The notes under the pieces were generated by a model. That model made no database searches, was not told the DNA's origin, and was given only the letters and a program-made list of their open reading frames with translations. A program made the position numbers and the translations under genes. A stretch of DNA of 64,000 bases from Candidatus Ozemobacteraceae bacterium (GTDB lineage Bacteria; Muiribacteriota; Ozemobacteria; Ozemobacterales; Ozemobacteraceae), in the NCBI GenBank assembly GCA_965140445.1, contig OZ223236.1, forward strand, positions 2,336,001 through 2,400,000, in the 5' to 3' direction. Below are positions 58,801 to 64,000 of this stretch, in pieces. How positions within the stretch are numbered: position 1 is the first letter of the stretch; each line of letters starts with the position of its first letter.

Positions 58801-61800
58801 TGCTGTTCCATGAGAATGCCCCAGAAATCGCTTGAGTAGAGCTACTTATTGAAAAGCTGCTTTCAACTGAAGCTTTGTCCATTTCCATGGAAAAATTTAT
58901 TGTAACTGTTGAATTTGAAGCAATATCTCCCGCAAGGTTTGTTGGAACTGTGCTGCTTATTACTGGCTTTGCTATGGTTTTAAAATCGATTGAATAGCTT
59001 TTTATCAAATTTATGTTTGAAGCGTTCATTGCGCTTGAAGCAACAGTAAGTTGGTAGTTCGTGTTGTAAGAAAATGTTGAGCCATAATTCAATGTTAGAG
59101 TTTTATTATCTGACGACCAGGAAAACGATGGCGAAGATCCTGGAGACGGTTGAAGCGAAATGGCTGCTTTGGTAGAACTGTTATTCATTGATTGGTCGAA
59201 AGTTAAAATCAGACTCGTGGCAGGATTAAAAGAAACATCTCCGTGTGCTGGATTTGTGGAAGTTAATCTGGGACCAGTTGAGGTCAGAGTTGAAAAAGAA
59301 AAGCCACTTGAAGAGACAAGATTGTTACCATAAACATCCGTAGTTGAAGAATTCAAAGCTATATTATAGGTCGTCGAGTTTGCATAACCATTAAAATATT
59401 CTCTGGTAAGGGTTTTAAGATCAGAACTCCAGATATCTGAAAAAATTCCAGAAATAGCAGGAGAAATGGATAAACTAAATGTCGAAGTTGCCACCGGGTT
59501 GTTGAATTTAATAATCAGTTTTTCTGTTAGGCTTACGTTGGCACTATTTGATGCCGGACTATATTCTGTTGCTATAAAAGCGGGCGAGTTTTCTGTTTTA
59601 AAAGTTCTCGTAAAGGCACTCTGAATTTGAAATCCTTCAGAGCTTTTTGCATTTGATGAAATTCTAATGAGGTAATCCTTGTTATAAGACAAGCCTGCTG
59701 AAGGCGTTACATAAAGCGTGTCACCAATCCATTGAAATTGCACGGAGACTGAATTCCCCTGGTTGTCTGTCAGGGAAAATGCTGATTGGACAGAAACTTT
59801 ATTCATCTGGGTATTAAATGGAATTTTTAAAACAGTATTCGTAGCAATATTTGATTTGTTTTCACCAGGCAGGACATCGCTGGACAAAACCTTTGGTGAA
59901 TCGAGGGTTCTAAAATTTAAAACAAAAGGATTTGATAATGGAAGACCATCTATGGAAGCAGCTTTGGTTGCAACTTGGATAGAATAGTCCGTTTCAAAAG
60001 ACAGGTTTGCTGGAAACCGAATTTCCAATTCTGCGCTTTGGGTGTTCCAAAAGTATGTCGGTGAATCTGCCATTGCTGGTATAACAGTAACAGCAGATTC
60101 AGTTACACTTTGATTCATTGGAAGAGTAAAGCTTAAAAATACATTGGTAGAAATTGATGCTATGCGAAAATTATCGGGTGGAGAAGAGTTTAAAATCGCA
60201 GGTAATGAGATGCTATTAATTGAATAAGAGAAGCTAAATGATTTTGTAGTGCTATTTCCAGAAATATCTTCTAAGCCAGAACTCATTAAAAGCATGATAG
60301 TTGTTGATGCCGGCCACCTTGTTTTTGGCAGAATTGATACGGATTCATAATTGTCAGCCCATTGCAAATCAAACAATACTGAACCTGGGCTTGTTACTAC
60401 AGCAAAAGTTGGAGACGCAACTTTTTCACTGAATGTTAACTGTATTGGGCTATTAGCAAACAATATTGAGCCGGAAGCTGGTGAGATCTGAGTAATTGAT
60501 GGCGCTATCGAATCTCCAGTAGTAAAACTAAACTCAATATCCTGAGTTACCGGGTTTCCAGCAATGTCTTTCAGGCTGGTGTTAAGGGTTATACTGTATT
60601 TAGTATTATCCAGGAGTCCAGTTTGATATGTGACCTGAACCCTTTTCCCATCCGGAGTCCAGATGAATGAAGGTGTGCTCGATGGGGTAGGATAGATTTG
60701 TAAAGCACTCTCAAATGAGCTTTTTGATACTTCTTCTGTGAAGGTTAAAACAATAGAAGTATTTCTGGAAACATTTGAAGCATTCGATTTAGGCTCTGAA
60801 TCAAAAAGAGCAGGGGGAGAAGTGTCGTTGATTTTAAATTTGCTGAAATAATCTTGAACCAACCTTAAACCATTGGTTAGATCTGTAGCTTTTGATGCAA
60901 GGTTCCATGAATACTCCTTCCCGCTAATCCAATTACCAGAAGAAGGATAAATTTGAAGGGTTTTATTATCTGCTGTCCAGCTGAAGTTCAAAGGAATAGT
61001 TGGTGAAATACTGAAATTAGATTCAACAGTATTGGTTGCCATCGCAACGGAAAAATTAAAAATCAGTTTTGAATCTGAAGATATCGCAACCTGTGAATCT
61101 AATGGAGTATAGCTTAGAGATGGACTAAGAATGTTTGAAAAATGAAGATTAAAGTAATAGGTTTTTGATAATGGTTTACCTGAAACATCAGTAGCCGAAT
61201 TGCTTACCTCAAAAGTTAAGGTTTTATCAACAGGCCAACTTGTAGTGGGTTTGATACTGTATGCAAAATTGCCACTGATTGGAGAAATGGTTATTCCATC
61301 TGAAAAATCCAGAACTTTTATACTTTTTTCTACCGTTCTGGGATTCATATCTTCGCTGAAAACAATTTGTATCTCTGAATTATTGGATAAATTAGCGCTG
61401 CCTGAAGCGGGAGAAATTTTAGAAATTGTCGGGGCAGTAAAATCTCCGGTGGAAAAATAGCTAAACCGACTTCTGCCTAAAAACTGATCATTTTCATCTT
61501 TTGCCAATTCAGAAAAGTCAACAATAAACGAAGTATTGTCAGGGAGCCCTTGTGCGAATAATATGCTGAGTTCTTTTTTGTCTGAACTTAGGGACATGGT
61601 TGGCGTTAATTGTAAGTCTGGCTGTATTGAGAATGACTTTGAAAGTTTCTCAATGCTCACTGGGCTTGAAAATGAGAATTTCAACTCATTTAAACTACTG
61701 GTTAAAAAGGTTTCTCCTTTTTCAGGTTGAGTCTGTATAAAGCTCGCTCCAAGCAGGTTTGAAGAGTTAATTTCAAAGAAATGGTCAGATGCTAATGGGT

Positions 61801-63373
61801 TTCCAGATTGGTCAGCGCAACTTTTTTGAATCTTTAAGTAGTTAAGGCCAGTATTCCATCCATTTATTGGAATTGCTGACAAAATTCTTGAGTCTGGGCT
61901 CCATAGAAACTCAAAACCGCCAGTGGCGGAAGTCCAATCGAATGACTTTTCAACAGATTCTCTATCCATGCTTTCTGAAAAATGAATTCTAAGCTCTGAA
62001 TTTTTAGAAATCTGTTGTAGCTTGTTATTCGGATAGGAAAAGGTTATTTCAGGAGCAGTTAAATCTGAATCTGCGGAAGTTCTAAAACTGAAACTAAAAT
62101 CCTTCTGCATTTCGTAACCAGCATAGCTTTTAAGGTTGGTTGTAATCGTTATGTCATAAGGAGTATCCAATTTTAATGGTTGCTGCGGGAACAGTTGCAC
62201 TAAACTTGATGAAAGCCATGCTGGGTCTTTAAAAAGGAGAGTAGGGGATGCGATTAGTGATCTTTTAAAAGATTCCTGATCGATCCTGGTGTTGAAATAT
62301 AGTTTTAAGTCTGTTGCAATTGAAACATCTGAAGCGTTATTTGAAGGATAGGTTCTGTTAATTGCAGGTATCAGGCTACTTGCCTGCGAGTTAGAAGATG
62401 CATAAATTGGAACTTCTGTTTCGTAAACCTTCCCATTTGGATCGGTCAGGTGGGCGCGCAGTATGAAAGACGAGGGGAGCTGAGCTAGAGCCAACCCCTT
62501 TGAAACAATTAAAAAGCTCGCTGTTGCATGATTTGCCACCTGTTTAATGGCAACAGCACTGTTATTGATCAAATCAAGTTGAGGATAAACAAAGGCTGAA
62601 GTTTTTAATTCTATTGAGTAAGAAGCGTTTTCAGGGTTTCTTGCAACAAGGGTCGTTGAATCTGGAATTAGTAAATCTGCAGTAAATTTATAGGAACCAA
62701 GAGATAGTGTATAAGTTGCTGACGTTGAAAATCCAACTTCCACAAGTATGTTTTCTTCAAAGAACCCAGAACTTGAAGCGATAAGAATTGAAGGTGAAGA
62801 AATTACTTCAGGAGCCCTGTTGGGCGCGCCTGGCAAAATTGTTTTTCTTTCAAAAACCAACCAATCTGAAAAATGGCCAATTGAAGCACTAATTTCGGTC
62901 TTGTTTAATGAGATTTCTGGACTAATAAAACTCCAGGAGTTTTGCTCAGTTTTGCATGCAAGAAAGACATTTTCGTTTGAAAACAGAATGCCTGAAGATG
63001 CAATTGGAATGGTTATTTTGGCCGGGCGCGTAAATTTGGGAGAAATTGAACCGGTTCGAAAACTAAAAATTTCTGATAATTGCAAATTGCTTTCATAACC
63101 AGGGATCTGTAAGAAATTTTGTGGGTATTTTTTTATCTGCAGTGAAACATCATCTGAATTTGCGTTAACAGGGATCTCAAGCCTGAATCCATTGTTTGCA
63201 AAATTCAATGCCTTATTTGCAGAAATGGTTTGATCAAAAAGAACAATCCCGGGATCGCTGCTACTTGACTTATCATTACTATATTTCCAAAAATCAGAGA
63301 AAATATTGCATCCAGTAGAGGCTATTATGATTATCAAAAGAAAAGTTATAAGAACCAGTCTATTTTGTTTCAA
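55847..63373 (-). CDS. Giant surface lipoprotein: ZU5-like domain, ~18 Big_5/SbsA-type Ig-like domains, C-terminal kelch-like propeller
   Basis: Lipobox STGC. ~100-aa repeats of the form P.....P......V.....I.I.FS..M...SVE..F.I.P. Six R..H....FN..W..GG....NDVW.S.DG..W repeats. Confidence 0.85.
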   Translation of the reverse strand: MKQNRLVLITFLLIIIIASTGCNIFSDFWKYSNDKSSSSDPGIVLFDQTISANKALNFANNGFRLEIPVNANSDDVSLQIKKYPQNFLQIPGYESNLQLSEIFSFRTGSISPKFTRPAKITIPIASSGILFSNENVFLACKTEQNSWSFISPEISLNKTEISASIGHFSDWLVFERKTILPGAPNRAPEVISSPSILIASSSGFFEENILVEVGFSTSATYTLSLGSYKFTADLLIPDSTTLVARNPENASYSIELKTSAFVYPQLDLINNSAVAIKQVANHATASFLIVSKGLALAQLPSSFILRAHLTDPNGKVYETEVPIYASSNSQASSLIPAINRTYPSNNASDVSIATDLKLYFNTRIDQESFKRSLIASPTLLFKDPAWLSSSLVQLFPQQPLKLDTPYDITITTNLKSYAGYEMQKDFSFSFRTSADSDLTAPEITFSYPNNKLQQISKNSELRIHFSESMDRESVEKSFDWTSATGGFEFLWSPDSRILSAIPINGWNTGLNYLKIQKSCADQSGNPLASDHFFEINSSNLLGASFIQTQPEKGETFLTSSLNELKFSFSSPVSIEKLSKSFSIQPDLQLTPTMSLSSDKKELSILFAQGLPDNTSFIVDFSELAKDENDQFLGRSRFSYFSTGDFTAPTISKISPASGSANLSNNSEIQIVFSEDMNPRTVEKSIKVLDFSDGITISPISGNFAYSIKPTTSWPVDKTLTFEVSNSATDVSGKPLSKTYYFNLHFSNILSPSLSYTPLDSQVAISSDSKLIFNFSVAMATNTVESNFSISPTIPLNFSWTADNKTLQIYPSSGNWISGKEYSWNLASKATDLTNGLRLVQDYFSKFKINDTSPPALFDSEPKSNASNVSRNTSIVLTFTEEVSKSSFESALQIYPTPSSTPSFIWTPDGKRVQVTYQTGLLDNTKYSITLNTSLKDIAGNPVTQDIEFSFTTGDSIAPSITQISPASGSILFANSPIQLTFSEKVASPTFAVVTSPGSVLFDLQWADNYESVSILPKTRWPASTTIMLLMSSGLEDISGNSTTKSFSFSYSINSISLPAILNSSPPDNFRIASISTNVFLSFTLPMNQSVTESAVTVIPAMADSPTYFWNTQSAELEIRFPANLSFETDYSIQVATKAASIDGLPLSNPFVLNFRTLDSPKVLSSDVLPGENKSNIATNTVLKIPFNTQMNKVSVQSAFSLTDNQGNSVSVQFQWIGDTLYVTPSAGLSYNKDYLIRISSNAKSSEGFQIQSAFTRTFKTENSPAFIATEYSPASNSANVSLTEKLIIKFNNPVATSTFSLSISPAISGIFSDIWSSDLKTLTREYFNGYANSTTYNIALNSSTTDVYGNNLVSSSGFSFSTLTSTGPRLTSTNPAHGDVSFNPATSLILTFDQSMNNSSTKAAISLQPSPGSSPSFSWSSDNKTLTLNYGSTFSYNTNYQLTVASSAMNASNINLIKSYSIDFKTIAKPVISSTVPTNLAGDIASNSTVTINFSMEMDKASVESSFSISSSTQAISGAFSWNSNTELVFTPSSSLPQGSEIVIKIASSAKSLNNLTLASDFTFKFNVISDVRPRVKTTSPANLQQNVAYNADVIVEFDTPMNSSSVEVIFTPSLVSGFSKNWSSDFKTLTISPSQSFVSKATYQVAISTSSTSLSGSLIEGSTSFTFVAEEIIGAIALSVTPASGTINVPVNSVLTINFNKAMNTVSAAQNFSFSPNPGTANFSWAPDNKIATISIPGIFDFSTLYTASIATAALDFQNQQMQKSFVMQFKTEAKPKVESFSVSNNASNIATDSSILINFNKPMNQIKTQQAVELLNGFTPETCSFSWSGNSLSCRGNPSFSPDASYTIIIDNSGEDLNGNVTGQTSSVNFSTVKSPAFVFNNITPASGSTNIPVNTQFSLFFSNSVKTSTFNPIFVPSPTGGVNIAWDSTNTRATLSPGGNLAGNQNYQIYIASTTLDQFNKPLGMPLNFKFTTEVIPGPSISSTTPDAGSIDVPVNQTFNFAFDREMAKSTVESAFSISPSASGTPTFTWTPDSRGVNIAFSQNLAHNLSYLLKISSSAKDTSNLTLEQDFLLPFKTVSRPEVLLSQLQPLDAATNVSTQTTIVTVFSKTMDQTSCQNAFTMKQGGTDIPGTFAWDGNKMIFTPSSPLAFSTSYQLNIDSSAKDSSNNFILSPYSWSFSTIGREGEVWRQDVAQAYVETHFSSRRDHSVIEFNNYLWCIGGNDGEFLNDVWRSSDGVSWTRELASTSTPLASQFEPRAGHSCVVFNGKIWLIGGYSETESGIAYYDDVWNSVDGRNWTKVVAAGPFFKRAFHSVCVFNNQIWILGGVTIDANENPVYLDDSWKTSDGSSWTEGSQIVSFFPRIRASCGVINGKMWLWGGYGKNQNGVLGPLNDIWSSSNGNLWLLENINGPFAPRCSAATVFFKNRYWLIGGADKFSGSSITFFNDIWTTSDGFNFIKVLENEPATGVHFSKRGFSQSASVNGRMFIAGGENSASGFLNEVWSSE

Positions 63374-63489
63374 GGTGTGCCGCCTTCTAAACTCTCTGTG
63401 TACAGGTTAAGCATAGAATATTGAAATAAAGATGTAAAGCAGACAAAGTAATGCTGATTCACATGAAACCGCAATCTCAGTTAATAAAA

Positions 63490-64000
63490 CTACTTGCCTG
63501 TTTGTTCTTTATGCTCAGCTAAATGGTCCATACAAAAGGCTTTTCCATTTTTTCCACATTGATTGCAGGTACAATATCTAAATTGAAGGTCTGGATCAGT
63601 TAGTTCTGTTCTTTGACATACAGAGCAAGTGTTCTTTGCCTTGGTTTCTGGAGTAAAAGCGCCAGCATAAATCTTTTGTCTGGATTTTTGCCGATAATTT
63701 CTTTTTATCAGATTCAAGGCGTCCTTAGCAAAAAAGAGAAGATAATTTCCTACTGAAAGCGCAATGGCAATTTTGTAATACACAGGATAAACAGCAAAGC
63801 TATAGAAGAGCCATAATCCTGAAAGGCCTGCTAAGTATTTCATTTTTACAGGCAAAATGAAATAAATGAGGATTTCATAATCTGGGAACAGGGTTGCAAA
63901 ACCCAAAAATAGAGTTAAATAAAGATAGTAGCTTCCCAGTTGAACTCCGGGAACAAAAAAAGCCATGAGAATATTGGCTATTGCCCCGCAAAAATAGTAA
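63490..64000 (-). CDS. Rhomboid/derlin-like membrane protein with C-terminal Cys/His zinc finger, 5'-truncated
   Basis: LFLGFATLFPDYEILIYFILPVKMKYLA and CSVCQRTE..DPDLQFRYCTC..C....FCMDH. The ORF runs to the window edge. Confidence 0.7.
   Translation of the reverse strand, partial: YYFCGAIANILMAFFVPGVQLGSYYLYLTLFLGFATLFPDYEILIYFILPVKMKYLAGLSGLWLFYSFAVYPVYYKIAIALSVGNYLLFFAKDALNLIKRNYRQKSRQKIYAGAFTPETKAKNTCSVCQRTELTDPDLQFRYCTCNQCGKNGKAFCMDHLAEHKEQTGK

Overview
Low-GC chromosomal window from an anaerobic, fermentative bacterium. The lineage cannot be fixed from the sequence alone; the style of the hypothetical proteins recalls Candidatus Riflebacteria, which is an unverified impression. No CRISPR array, integrase, transposase or rRNA was seen. 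Recognisable content: tldD/tldE, a queuine-salvage pair (QueL-like radical SAM plus YhhQ), two [FeFe]-hydrogenase loci (one GltD/NfnB-linked and preceded by a reduced hfsA/hfsC-like pair; one HydABC of electron-bifurcating type with a Rex-like operator), archaeal-type lipoate synthase LipS1/LipS2, pilB, pilC, an MCP-PilZ chemoreceptor, nusB with a large insertion, ppdK, pgi, topB, rnhA, methionine gamma-lyase, tRNA-Pro(GGG), a microcompartment satellite locus and a 2508-aa surface lipoprotein. The strongest candidates for undescribed systems are: (1) a sigma28-type promoter driving two unannotated 24-codon hydrophobic microproteins, one ending in a lipobox (29927-30213); (2) an encapsulation peptide + flavoprotein-like + Cys-rich + DeoC fusion with two BMC pentamer genes; (3) a giant Ig-repeat lipoprotein with a ZU5-like HFS autoproteolysis motif, translationally coupled to an 8-TM histidine kinase; (4) the minimal hfs-like module on the GltD-linked hydrogenase. 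All family assignments come from motif recognition by eye; no database searches were run.
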